NCBI GenBank assembly: GCA_963727485.1
Contig: CAVSGM010000002.1
Location: 1,728,001 to 1,792,000, forward strand
DNA from: an uncultured delta proteobacterium
GTDB taxonomy: Bacteria; Myxococcota; Myxococcia; SLRQ01
Length of the DNA stretch: 64,000 bases
Direction: 5' to 3'
Of this stretch, positions 1 through 9,325 are shown in pieces. The notes under the pieces were generated by a model. It had not been told where the DNA came from and did no database searches. It saw only the letters and a program-made list of their open reading frames with translations. Made by a program: the position numbers and the translations under genes. The first letter of the stretch is position 1. Every line of letters begins with the position of its first letter.

Positions 1-2495
1 TCGAGGAAGAGGTCGAGGGTGAAGGTGTTGAACACCCAGGTGTGGTCCACCCGCAGGTCGAGCTGGCGGAAGGTGGGCAGCCTGGCCGAGTTGGTCGGCC
101 CGTAGACCGGGTCCCAGTTGTCGGCGTCGAGGTCGTGCACCGCGAAGAGCACCGGGGTGTAGGGGTTGCCGGTGACCAGGCGGAAGCGCCCGCCGATCTC
201 GAACCCGAGCCCCGGCTTCCAGCTCGCCACCACCGTGAGGATGTGGGTCTGGTCGTAGCGGGTGGGCACGAAGGCGTCGCCGGGGTGGCTCCTCGCCTCG
301 GACTTCATCAGGGTGTAGGCGATCCACCCGAACAGGTGCCGGGTGATCTTGTGGCGCAGGAGCACCTCGAGGCCGTAGGCGCGGCCGAGGCCGTCGTTGT
401 TGTAGAGGGCGCTTGTGGCCTTGCCCCCGCTGACCCCGCCGCCCCCGGTGCTCACCGCCAGGTGGAAGCGCTGGTTGAAGAACGCCTGCACGTCGAGGTC
501 GACCACGTCCGAGAAGCTGTGCTCCACCCCGACCACGTACTGGGTCGCCGCCTCGGGGAGCAGCTTGGGGTTGCCGGTGAGGTCGTTGACCGCAAACAGG
601 CTGGGGTTCTGGTGGTAGAGGCCCACCGCCCCCTTGAGGGTGGTGCCCTTCACCACCGTCCACCGCACCGCGAGCCGGGGGTCGATGAGCGGGCGGACGT
701 GGGTGCCGAAGACGTAGAGCTCCGGGCGCAGCCCGAAGGTCACCTTGAGCCCGTCACCGGGCTCCCAAGTCCCCTCGAGGTAGCTCGCCAGATCCGAGCC
801 CCCGGAGGTGATGTGCAGCGGCTGGGTCGCCGGGATCTCCGGGATCGGCGAGGGGAAGGCGAACAGATCCGAGCCCACCGGCGCCGTCGCCTGGGCGGTG
901 GCCCGGAGGAAGTAGAGGTCGAGGCCGGCGCGCAGGGTCAGGTGCTTGAAGTGGCGCCAGGTGAGGTCCTCGCGCAGTCCGCCCTCGTAGCGGGTGAACG
1001 AGAAGTCGAAGTTCACCCCGCCCGCGCCCTGCTCCCCGCCGCCGGCGGACTGGATGGTGATCCCCGCCCAGGGCATCGAGCGCAGGGTCAGCTCCGGGTT
1101 AATCCGCCAGTCGTCGGAGAGCATCAGCCGGTGGAAGCCGATGTGCAGGTCGAAGGAGAGCGCCCGGTTCCGGTTCTGCTGGGGGAGCAGGAGCGCGAAG
1201 GTGTCGTCGGAGCCGAAGACGAAGGCCGAGAGCTTGTGGTCGCGGGTCGGATCCCAGTCGAGCTTCGCCTGGTAGTCGCCGTAGACCGGCGCCACCGTGA
1301 TCCGGTTGTTCCCCCCGGTGAGCGAGAGCAGCGAGGGCAAGATGGCGTCGATGTAGCTGCGCCGCGCCGCCACCGCGATGGACAGGTGCTTGCCCAGGGG
1401 GTGGCGGTAGAAGACGCTGGCGTCCATCAGGTCGACCTTCGCCGTGCCCCGGGCCGGCTGGTCCTCGAGGCGCCTCGTCTTCACGTCGACGATGCCGGCG
1501 ATGGCCCGGCCGTGGCGCGCCCCGAAGCCCCCGGGCTTGAACTCGATGGAGTCGATGAACTCCGGGTTCACCACGCTGGTGAGCCCGCCGAAGTGGTAGA
1601 GCAGGGGCAGCTGTACCCCGTCGAAGTAGGTCCCGGTGTCCCCGGGGTTGGCCCCGCGGACCAGGAGCTGCCCGCCGATGAACGGCGCCCTATTCATCCC
1701 CGGGAGGTTCTCGAGCACCCGGAGCGGATCGCCGAAGGTCCCCGGCACGTGGGTGAGCTCCTGGCGCGAGAGGTCGATGACCGTGGCGTCGCGCTTCTCC
1801 TTGGTGGCCCGGACCACCGTCTCGAAGGGGCTGTAGTCGCGGCCCAGGAGGTAGTAGGTGACCTTCACCTCCTTGCCCACGGCGATGGTCTCGGTGGCCT
1901 TGTAGTCGAAGTACCCGGGCGCCTTCGCCGTCACCTCGTAGGTCCCGGGCTTCAGGCGCAGCGCGAAGCGACCGTCGGGCCCGGTCTGGACCCCGAGGCC
2001 CCCGGCCTTGACGATGGCCCCCTCGATGGGCGAGCGGCGCCCGCGCACCAGGATGCGCCCTTCGAGGGTCACCGGCAGCGGCGCGGCGGCCTCCTTGGGC
2101 TCGGCCTTCGGCGGCGGCGGCGGGGGCTCGAAGGTGAACTTGTAGGTCAGCTGGATCGGCGCCGGCTTCCCGTCGACCTCCGCGGGGGTGAACACCAGCT
2201 GCTTGCCGGCGGCGACCGCGGCGGCGGCGAGCCTCGGGTCCGGGGCCGAGCGGACCGTCACCTCGCTGACGTGCCCGGTGGCGTCGAGGGTGAGCACCAG
2301 GACCACGTCGCCGCTGACCCGGTCCTCGACCGCCGAGGGCGGGTACACCGGGTTGACCCGCGTCACCAGGGTGGGCGCCCGGGTGAGCACCGGGACGTGC
2401 TTCTCGACCTTGGGCTTCTCGGGCTGGGGGCGCTGGGGCTGGGGCTCGATCTGGGCGACGAGGCCCAGGGAGGCGATGAGGGCGAAAAGCCACAT
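1..2495 (-). CDS. TonB C-terminal domain / carboxypeptidase-regulatory-like / TonB-dependent receptor fusion (3' end runs off the window)
   Basis: Read manually; absent from the ORF track because there is no stop in the window. ATG 2495 gives signal peptide MWLFALIASLGLVAQ, then a TonB-C pattern (PVYPPSA...GDVVLVLTLDATGHVSEV...LVFTPAEVDGKP), a TGPDGRFAL Ig-like module and a plug motif (VPGTFGDPLRVLENLPG...VRGANPGDTGTYFDG...LYHFGG). Confidence 0.88.
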   Translation of the reverse strand, partial: MWLFALIASLGLVAQIEPQPQRPQPEKPKVEKHVPVLTRAPTLVTRVNPVYPPSAVEDRVSGDVVLVLTLDATGHVSEVTVRSAPDPRLAAAAVAAGKQLVFTPAEVDGKPAPIQLTYKFTFEPPPPPPKAEPKEAAAPLPVTLEGRILVRGRRSPIEGAIVKAGGLGVQTGPDGRFALRLKPGTYEVTAKAPGYFDYKATETIAVGKEVKVTYYLLGRDYSPFETVVRATKEKRDATVIDLSRQELTHVPGTFGDPLRVLENLPGMNRAPFIGGQLLVRGANPGDTGTYFDGVQLPLLYHFGGLTSVVNPEFIDSIEFKPGGFGARHGRAIAGIVDVKTRRLEDQPARGTAKVDLMDASVFYRHPLGKHLSIAVAARRSYIDAILPSLLSLTGGNNRITVAPVYGDYQAKLDWDPTRDHKLSAFVFGSDDTFALLLPQQNRNRALSFDLHIGFHRLMLSDDWRINPELTLRSMPWAGITIQSAGGGEQGAGGVNFDFSFTRYEGGLREDLTWRHFKHLTLRAGLDLYFLRATAQATAPVGSDLFAFPSPIPEIPATQPLHITSGGSDLASYLEGTWEPGDGLKVTFGLRPELYVFGTHVRPLIDPRLAVRWTVVKGTTLKGAVGLYHQNPSLFAVNDLTGNPKLLPEAATQYVVGVEHSFSDVVDLDVQAFFNQRFHLAVSTGGGGVSGGKATSALYNNDGLGRAYGLEVLLRHKITRHLFGWIAYTLMKSEARSHPGDAFVPTRYDQTHILTVVASWKPGLGFEIGGRFRLVTGNPYTPVLFAVHDLDADNWDPVYGPTNSARLPTFRQLDLRVDHTWVFNTFTLDLFL

Positions 2496-2543
2496 GGCGC
2501 CCCTGCTTCTATCAGAAAGCCGCCCTTGATACCTTCCGCCGCC

Positions 2544-3920
2544 ATGGCCGACTCCCCCGCCCCCGACGTCCGCGCCCAGCCGCCCGGACCCGCCCGCCCC
2601 TTCGCCCGCCTCGGGGTCACCCTCGGCGTCGTCGCCGTCACCGTCGGCCTCTCCCGGGTGCCGCTCGCCGGCGTCGGCGCCGGCCTCCACGGGATGGGCG
2701 GGGTCACGCCCACGTCCCTGCTGGCCCTGGGCCTCACCCCCATCCTCGCCGCCTTCGTGGTCATCGAGCTCTCGGCCCTGGTGATCCCCGCCTGGCGGCC
2801 GCTGCGGATCTCCGGCTTCGCCGGCCGCCGGCAGCTCACCCGCCTGGCCCTCCTCCTCGCCATCCCCCTCACCGCGGCCCAGACCCTCGGCAGCGTCCGC
2901 GCCCTCATCACCCTCGGCCGGCTCCCGGCGCGCGTCGGCCCGGAGCTGGTGGTGGCGGTGAGCCTCGCCGCCGCGCCGTTCCTCCTCCTGGGCCTCGCCT
3001 CGGTGGTCGGCCGCTTCGGCCTCGGCGACGGGATCTCCGTGGTCCTCGGGAGCCTCATCGCCGCCGAGGGCGTCCCGGTCCTCGCCCACCTCGCCGCCGG
3101 CCACGCCCGGGGCCAGCTCGACACCACCGACCTCCTGCTCATCGCCGGGGTCGAGGGGGTCCTCGCCCTCGACACCGTGTGGACCCTCCGCCGCCGGGGC
3201 CGCGCCGAGGCCCCGGAGGGCCCGGTGACCCTGCCCCTGCCCACCACCGGGGTGGTGCCGCTGCAGGCGCTGGCCTGGGTGGCCGCCCTCATCCCCTCGG
3301 TGGCCCTCTTCGTCCCGGCGCTGATGCCCGTGGCCGCCCACCTGATGCACGGGGGTCGCACCGCCCAGGAGGTGCTCCTCGTCGCGGTGCTGGTCCTGGG
3401 CGCCGCCTTCGCCTGGGCCTTCAGCCGGCCGGCCCTCGTCGGCGACCTGGTGGCCCGGGCCCGGGGGATCCCCGAGCAGGCCGCCACCGTGACCGGCGCC
3501 GCCCGGCGGGCGCTCCTCATCGGCACCGGCCACAGCCTGGTGTTCCTGCTCCTGGTGCAGGTGGCCTTCTTCTTCGTCGCCGGCCTCTCGCCGGCCATGG
3601 GGCTCTTCGGCTCGGTGTGGATCGTGGTCCTCGCCGCGGTGGGCATGGACGGGGTGTACGACTGGCGCTTCCGCGCCCGCCACGGCCGGGTGGTGGCGGT
3701 GCGGCCCCTCCACCGCCTCTACGCCGTGGACCCGGCCCTCGAGGCCCTCGACACCGCCGGCATCCCCGCCCTCGCCCGGGGGGCGGCGCACCGGACCCTC
3801 CTCCAGGTGGTCGGCCCCTACGTCCCCATCACGGTGATGGTCCCCGAGCAGCTGGCCACCGACGCCACCGAGGTCCTCGAGCTGGTCCTCGACGGCGACG
3901 GGAGCACGATCCCCTCATGA
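2544..3920 (+). CDS. SecY-like multi-pass membrane protein with C-terminal DUF2007-like soluble domain
   Basis: ATG 2544 lies within ORF 42..3920. SecY-like motifs occur in order: SLLALGLTPI, GFAGRRQL, FGLGDGISV, TGVVP, FGSVWIVV..MD. About 10 hydrophobic segments plus a C-terminal ALEALDTAGIPA segment. Confidence 0.72.
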   Translation: MADSPAPDVRAQPPGPARPFARLGVTLGVVAVTVGLSRVPLAGVGAGLHGMGGVTPTSLLALGLTPILAAFVVIELSALVIPAWRPLRISGFAGRRQLTRLALLLAIPLTAAQTLGSVRALITLGRLPARVGPELVVAVSLAAAPFLLLGLASVVGRFGLGDGISVVLGSLIAAEGVPVLAHLAAGHARGQLDTTDLLLIAGVEGVLALDTVWTLRRRGRAEAPEGPVTLPLPTTGVVPLQALAWVAALIPSVALFVPALMPVAAHLMHGGRTAQEVLLVAVLVLGAAFAWAFSRPALVGDLVARARGIPEQAATVTGAARRALLIGTGHSLVFLLLVQVAFFFVAGLSPAMGLFGSVWIVVLAAVGMDGVYDWRFRARHGRVVAVRPLHRLYAVDPALEALDTAGIPALARGAAHRTLLQVVGPYVPITVMVPEQLATDATEVLELVLDGDGSTIPS

Positions 3921-4655
3921 ACGGCCCCCTCGTCCTCCTCAAGACCGGCGACGCGGTGCCCCCGGTGCAGCGCGCCCGGGGCGACTTCGAGGTCCTCTTC
4001 CGCGAGGGCCTCGGCGTGGACCTCGAGCTGGTGCAGGTCCACAAGGGCGATCCCCTGCCGCTGGCCCGGGGCCTCGCCGGGGTGGTGGTCACCGGGTCCT
4101 CGGCCTCGGTCTACGATCCCGACGACTGGATCGCCGAGGCCGCGGGCTTCGTCCTCGGGGCCTCGAGCCTCGGGGTGCCCATCCTCGGGGTGTGCTTCGG
4201 CCACCAGCTGGTCGCCGACGCCCTCGGGGGCCAGGTGGTGAGGAGCCCCAAGGGCCGGGAGATGGGCACGGTGACCGTGGCGCTGACCGCCGAGGGCCGC
4301 GCCGACCCCCTCTTCGCGGGCCTCCCCGACCTCCTCCAGGTCCAGGAGAGCCACCAGGACGTGGTGGTGCGCCTGCCCCCCGGGGCGGTGCGCCTCGCCG
4401 GGAACCAGCACACCGAGGTCCAGGCCTTCGCCCTCGCAGACCACGTCCGGGCGGTGCAGTTCCACCCGGAGTTCGACGCCACCGTGAGCCGCGGCTACCT
4501 CGAGGCCCGGGCCGACCGGGTCGCCGCCGAGGCCGAGGCCCGGGGCGAGGATCCCGAGGCGGCGGTGGCGGCGGTGCGGGCGTCCATCCGCGACAGCGAC
4601 CACGGCCGCACCCTCCTCGGCAACTGGCTCGACGCCTTCGTCCGGGCTGGAGTAG
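3917..4655 (+). CDS. Class I glutamine amidotransferase (GMP synthase GATase-like); stop probably displaced by an indel
   Basis: ATGA overlap with the upstream gene; motifs GVCFGHQ, SHQD, QFHPE. The frame reads through into non-coding-looking sequence, and an out-of-frame TAG at 4653-4655 follows WLDAFVR. Confidence 0.85.
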
Positions 4656-4718
4656 CATCCTTTCGGGGGGTCGGCCGTCGATGTGGGCCAACGCTCCCGC
4701 CATCCCCTCGGAGGCCCC

Positions 4719-6389
4719 ATGCGCCCAGTCCTCGTCGCCCTCGTCCTCGCCGCCCTCCCCGGCCTCGCCCACGCCGCCCCGGTGGACGCGCCCTCCAGGG
4801 TGAGCGCGGTCACCGTCTACCAGGGCGCCGCCCGGGTCACCCGCACCGCCCGGGTCCACCTCCCGGCCGGCGAGGTGGAGGTCCGCCTCGGGGGCCTGTC
4901 CACCTACCTCGCCGACGACACGGTGAGGGTCACCGGCAAGGGCACCGCCCGGGCGCGGATCGAGGGGGTCACGGTGGACACCGAGACCCTGGCCAAGGCC
5001 ACCGACGCCGCCTACCAGGCCGCCGAGGACACCCTCCAGGGCCTCCAGGACCAGGACCGGGCGCTCACCGATCGCATCGCCGCCGCCCAGGCGCGTCTCG
5101 CCTTCGTCGACGCCTTCCAGAAGAGCTACGGGGGCAAGAGCGCCGCCGACCTCCCGGTCCGCAGCGTCGACCCCAAGAACCTCGGCCGCCTCGCCGACTT
5201 CGTCTCCACCGAGCACCAGAAGGCCGCGGCCACCATCCGCGCCGCCGAGGTCAAGCGCCGGGATCTCGCCCAGGCCATCCGCGCCGCCGCCGCCGAGGTG
5301 CGAAAGCTCCAGTCCAAGCGCGGGGTGGTGAGCAAGACCGCGGTGGTCACGGTGCGGGTCGACAAGCCCGGGCGCTTCGACCTCGAGCTCTCCTACCTGG
5401 TGGGCGGGGCCACCTGGACCCCGGTGTGGGACGCCCGCCTCGACCCGGTGAAGGACAAGGTGGCCCTCTCGCTCTACGGGAAGGTGACCCAGAACACCGG
5501 CGTCGACTGGCCGAAGGTGACCCTGGCGGTGTCCACCGCCCGGCCCGCCCGGGGGCTCTCGGTCCCCGAGCTCGATCCCCGCTACGTCACGAAGTACCAG
5601 CCGCCGCGACCCCTCTACCGGGAGCACACCCGCTACGCTCCGTCCGCCGCCCGGTCCCTGGCGCCCCTGGCCACCGCCGACGCGGCGTCCGACAAGGACG
5701 AGGGCCTCGCCGAGCAGAAGCGGATGGCCACCCTCCAGGTGGTGCAGGCCAAGGTCACCCAGGGCCTGCTCTCGGCGAGCTTCACCTCTCCCCACGCCAC
5801 CACCGTCGCCGGCAACGGCAAGGCCCAGCGGGCGATGCTGGCGAGCTGGAAGCTCGACGCCAAGGTCGACCGCCGGGCGGCGCCGCGCCAGGACCGGTCG
5901 GCCTACCTGGTGGCCACGGCGACCAACACCACCGGGGTGCCGCTGCTCCCCGGCCAGGCCAGCGTCTTCCTCGCAGGCGAGCTGGTGGGCCACACCCGCC
6001 TGGGCCCGGTGGCCGGGGGCGACGACCTCAAGCTGCCCTTCGGCGCCGACGACCGGGTGAAGATCGAGCGCCGGGTCCTCGAGCGCAAGCACGCCGAGAG
6101 CGGGCTCTTCTCCAAGGACGAGGTGATGCGCTACCACGTGCGGACCACGGTCACCAACCTCTACCCCCACGCGGTGAAGGTGACCCTCCTCGACCAGGTG
6201 CCCGTGTCCCGGGACCAGACCATCAAGGTCGAGGTCCTGGACAAGTCGACCCAGCCCACCAGCGAGGACAAGGATCGGCCCGGGGTGCGCCGCCACGCGC
6301 TGACCCTCCCGGCCCACGGGAAGGCCACGGTGGACCTCTGGTACCGGGTGAGCTGGCCCAAGGGTCAGCGGATCACCGGCCTCGACTAG
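4719..6389 (+). CDS. DUF4140/DUF4139 (mucoidy inhibitor MuiA-like) exported protein
   Basis: GGAGG then ATG 4719; signal peptide (..GLAHA); SRVSAVTVYQGAARVTR; coiled coil; LSYLVGGATWTPVWD; QNTGVDW; LPFGADD. Confidence 0.85.
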   Translation: MRPVLVALVLAALPGLAHAAPVDAPSRVSAVTVYQGAARVTRTARVHLPAGEVEVRLGGLSTYLADDTVRVTGKGTARARIEGVTVDTETLAKATDAAYQAAEDTLQGLQDQDRALTDRIAAAQARLAFVDAFQKSYGGKSAADLPVRSVDPKNLGRLADFVSTEHQKAAATIRAAEVKRRDLAQAIRAAAAEVRKLQSKRGVVSKTAVVTVRVDKPGRFDLELSYLVGGATWTPVWDARLDPVKDKVALSLYGKVTQNTGVDWPKVTLAVSTARPARGLSVPELDPRYVTKYQPPRPLYREHTRYAPSAARSLAPLATADAASDKDEGLAEQKRMATLQVVQAKVTQGLLSASFTSPHATTVAGNGKAQRAMLASWKLDAKVDRRAAPRQDRSAYLVATATNTTGVPLLPGQASVFLAGELVGHTRLGPVAGGDDLKLPFGADDRVKIERRVLERKHAESGLFSKDEVMRYHVRTTVTNLYPHAVKVTLLDQVPVSRDQTIKVEVLDKSTQPTSEDKDRPGVRRHALTLPAHGKATVDLWYRVSWPKGQRITGLD

Positions 6390-6424
6390 GCGGGGGCGCA
6401 GAACGCGCGCCGACCTCGACCCTC

Positions 6425-6433
6425 TGGTACACT
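6425..6433 (+). promoter_or_regulatory. Putative extended -10 element upstream of the pilT-family gene
   Basis: TGGTACACT (TGnTACACT) about 50 nt before GTG 6481; GGAGG RBS at about 6469-6473. Confidence 0.35.
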
Positions 6434-6480
6434 GGCGCCCGTTCCGGCGGCGTGCAGGGGGTCATGAGGGAGGTCCACAG

Positions 6481-7548
6481 GTGACCGAGGATCAGTTCCG
6501 CGGCATCCTCGAGACGGCGGTGCGCAACAACGCCTCCGACGTCCACTTCGAGGTGGGCTACCCCCCGATCTTCCGCATCCAGGGCGATCTGGTGGGCGTG
6601 AAGGGGCCGCCGCTGACCCCCGCCGACACCCAGGCGGCGTCGCTGGTGGTGATGCAGGAGGACCCGGATCTGTTCTCCGGCGACTTCGAGGAGGTCGACC
6701 GCAGCTACTCCATCCCCGGGGTCAGCCGGTTCCGCGCCAACATCTTCAAGCAGCGCGGGGCGCTGGGCATCGTGCTGCGGGTCATCCCCTTCACCATCCG
6801 CGCCTTCGAGGATCTGAACCTCCCCCGGGGCCTCGGGGACATCGCGCTGTCGCCGAGGGGGCTGATCCTGGTCACCGGCGCCACCGGGATGGGCAAGAGC
6901 ACGACCATCGCGGCGATGCTCCAGCACCTCAACACCCACCGCCGGGCCCACGTGGTGACCATCGAGGACCCCATCGAGTTCATCTACCCGCCGGCCAAGA
7001 GCCTGTTCATCCAGCGGGAGGTGGGCTCGGACACCCGGAGCTTCCAGAGCGCCCTGCGCTCGGTGCTCCGCCAGGACCCCGACGCCATCATGGTCGGCGA
7101 GCTCCGGGACCGGGAGTCCATGGACATCTGCCTCAAGGCCGCGGAGACCGGGCACCTGGTGATCACCAGCGTCCACACCGTCGACGCCCGGCGCACCGTC
7201 AGCCGGCTGGTGGGCCTCTTCCCCGCCGAGGAGCAGTCGAGCCTCCGGCTGCGGCTCGCCGAGTCGCTGGTGGCGGCGGTGAGCCTGCGGCTGATGAAGT
7301 CCCAGAACGGGGGGATGGTGCCGGCGGTGGAGATCATGCGCACCACCCGGTCGATCCAGGAGTGCATCAAGGATCCGGAGAAGCTCGACGAGCTCGAGCA
7401 CCACCTCCGCCAGGCCACCGAGATCGGCTGCCAGACCTTCGACCAGCACCTGCTGGAGCTGGTGAAGACCCGGCAGGTCAGCGAGGCCACCGCGCTCCTC
7501 CACGCCTCGAACCCCGCCGATCTCAAGCGCGAGCTCAGCTTCGGCTGA
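6481..7548 (+). CDS. pilT: PilT/PilU-family type IV pilus retraction-type ATPase (paralogue)
   Basis: ASDVH, RFRAN, Walker A GATGMGKST, TIEDPIE, QREVG, LRQDPD..VGE, AAETGHLV..VHT, QTFDQ. Confidence 0.9.
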   Translation: MTEDQFRGILETAVRNNASDVHFEVGYPPIFRIQGDLVGVKGPPLTPADTQAASLVVMQEDPDLFSGDFEEVDRSYSIPGVSRFRANIFKQRGALGIVLRVIPFTIRAFEDLNLPRGLGDIALSPRGLILVTGATGMGKSTTIAAMLQHLNTHRRAHVVTIEDPIEFIYPPAKSLFIQREVGSDTRSFQSALRSVLRQDPDAIMVGELRDRESMDICLKAAETGHLVITSVHTVDARRTVSRLVGLFPAEEQSSLRLRLAESLVAAVSLRLMKSQNGGMVPAVEIMRTTRSIQECIKDPEKLDELEHHLRQATEIGCQTFDQHLLELVKTRQVSEATALLHASNPADLKRELSFG

Positions 7549-7568
7549 GGGCCGGCGCGCCGGGCGCC

Positions 7569-8627
7569 TCAGCGCTTCGCCAGCGCCTCGGCGGTCACCA
7601 CGCCCATCCGGTCCACCGCCTCGGCGGCGGCGCGCAGCACCCCGCCCATGCTCGCGAACCCGTGGATCAGCCCCGGGTGGTGGGCGTGGGTCACCGTCAC
7701 CCCGGCGGCGCCCAAGGCCTCGGCGTAGGCCCGGCCCTCGTCGCGCAGGGGATCGAAGCCGGCGGTGACCACGTGGGCCGGGGGCAGGCCCGAGAGGTCC
7801 TTCGCCAGCAGCGGCGAGGCCCGGGGATCGGTCAGGGCCTCGGGGCCCGGGAGGTAGCTGCCGAGGAACCAGTCCATGTCCGCCCGGGTGAGGAAGTAGC
7901 CCTCGGAGAGGTTCGCGTGGCTGGCGGTCTGCCGGCGCATGTCGGTGGCCGGGTAGATGAGCAGCTGGAAGCGGGGCAGGGGCAGGCCCTCGTCCCGGGC
8001 CACCTGGGAGACCACCGCCGCCAGGTTTCCCCCGGCCGAGTCGCCGCCGACGGCCACCCGGTCGGGATCGGCGCCGAGCTCGGGGGCGTGGACCCGCACC
8101 CACTTGTAGGCGTCCACCGCGTCGTCCACCGCCGCCGGGAACGGGTGCTCGGGGGCGAGGCGGTAGTCCACCGAGATCACCAGGGCGCCGGTGCGGTCGC
8201 AGAGGCCGCGGCACACCGCGTCGTAGGCCTCGAGGTCGCCGAGGACGAAGCCCCCGCCGTGGTAGTAGACCAGCACCGGCCGGGGGCCGTGGGCGGCGGG
8301 GTGGTAGAAGCGGGCGGGGATGTTGCCGCGGCGGCCGGGGAGGGTGCGGGTGGCGACCTCCTTCACCGGTCGGGGCGCTTCGGCCACCGCCCGGCTCTCG
8401 GTGCGCAGGGCCACCCGGGCCCTTGCCGCGCCCAGCTCCGGGAAGCCCGGGGTGTTGCGCAGGGCGTCGAGGCGGAGCATCGCCTGCACCTGGAGGTCGA
8501 GGGGGTCGCCCTCGTCATTGAGCCGCGGCGCGCCGGCGACCCGGCGGAGCAGCGGCGCCGGCAGGCCCAGGGTGGCCTTCAGGGAGGTGGCGAGGAGACG
8601 TCCGCCGAGACGGTCGAGCCCGAGCAT
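7569..8627 (-). CDS. HSL-family alpha/beta hydrolase (lipase/esterase)
   Basis: HGGGF, DYRLAPEH, GDSAGG, DPLRDE, HGF. Confidence 0.93.
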   Translation of the reverse strand: MLGLDRLGGRLLATSLKATLGLPAPLLRRVAGAPRLNDEGDPLDLQVQAMLRLDALRNTPGFPELGAARARVALRTESRAVAEAPRPVKEVATRTLPGRRGNIPARFYHPAAHGPRPVLVYYHGGGFVLGDLEAYDAVCRGLCDRTGALVISVDYRLAPEHPFPAAVDDAVDAYKWVRVHAPELGADPDRVAVGGDSAGGNLAAVVSQVARDEGLPLPRFQLLIYPATDMRRQTASHANLSEGYFLTRADMDWFLGSYLPGPEALTDPRASPLLAKDLSGLPPAHVVTAGFDPLRDEGRAYAEALGAAGVTVTHAHHPGLIHGFASMGGVLRAAAEAVDRMGVVTAEALAKR

Positions 8628-8763
8628 GGCGCCCAGGCTAAATCAACGACCCCCATCCGACCATCCCGAATCTCGACGACGGATCCGTCACCTCCGCTCG
8701 TGACAAGCCCGGGGCTGCTTCCTGGTCGGGGTCGTAGTAGGCTCGGGGGCCGGAGGGGGTACG

Positions 8764-9321
8764 ATGAACGTCAAGGGAACCGCCTATCTCGCCCGGGTCT
8801 CCTACCTCAAGCAGTCCCTCGGTGAGGCCACCTGGGACGGGTTCATCGGCGAGTACGCCAAGCGGGTCCCGCGCTTCGCCGAGAACGTCCTGCCCACCAC
8901 CCGCATCCCCGCCCAGGACTTCCTCGCCCTCAACGACGAGATCGTCCGGCGGTTCTTCAAGGGCGACGAGAAGAGCTACTGGGCCATGGGCCTGGCCTCG
9001 GCGGAGTGGGGCCTGCGCCAGGGGCCCTACAAGAACTTCATCGACTCCAAGAACTACGAGCAGTTCCTCGCCACCGGCGCGGCCCTGTGGAGCGCCTACT
9101 TCGACGCCGGGGTGCTCAAGAGCTGGTGGGACGCGGGCCAGCACATGGGCGAGGCGACCATCGTCGAGGTGCCCATTCCCCACGTGTACTTCGAGTACGC
9201 GGTGATGGCCTACGTCGAGCGGGCCCTGGAGCTCACCGGGGCGACCATCCGCGAGACCCGTCGCCTCAAGGGCTTCTCCAAGGGCGACGACTCGGTGCAC
9301 TACCAGTTCGTGGTGGCCTAG
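8764..9321 (+). CDS. Conserved myxobacterial-type protein, DUF2378/TIGR02265-like
   Basis: GGAGG RBS; strong GC3 bias; N-terminal VKG, LWSAYFDAG and YVERALELTGA resemble this family (recalled, not searched). Confidence 0.55.
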   Translation: MNVKGTAYLARVSYLKQSLGEATWDGFIGEYAKRVPRFAENVLPTTRIPAQDFLALNDEIVRRFFKGDEKSYWAMGLASAEWGLRQGPYKNFIDSKNYEQFLATGAALWSAYFDAGVLKSWWDAGQHMGEATIVEVPIPHVYFEYAVMAYVERALELTGATIRETRRLKGFSKGDDSVHYQFVVA

Positions 9322-9325
9322 GCCG

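Noticed and set aside
42..2543. N-terminal 834 codons of the 1292-aa plus-strand ORF
   Set aside because: Antisense shadow of the TonB-dependent receptor gene; only 2544-3920 looks coding.
3179..6484. 1101-aa ORF suggesting a giant amidotransferase fusion
   Set aside because: Only 3917 to about 4650 is GATase; the flanks are Arg/Pro/Gly-rich off-frame reads of neighbouring genes.
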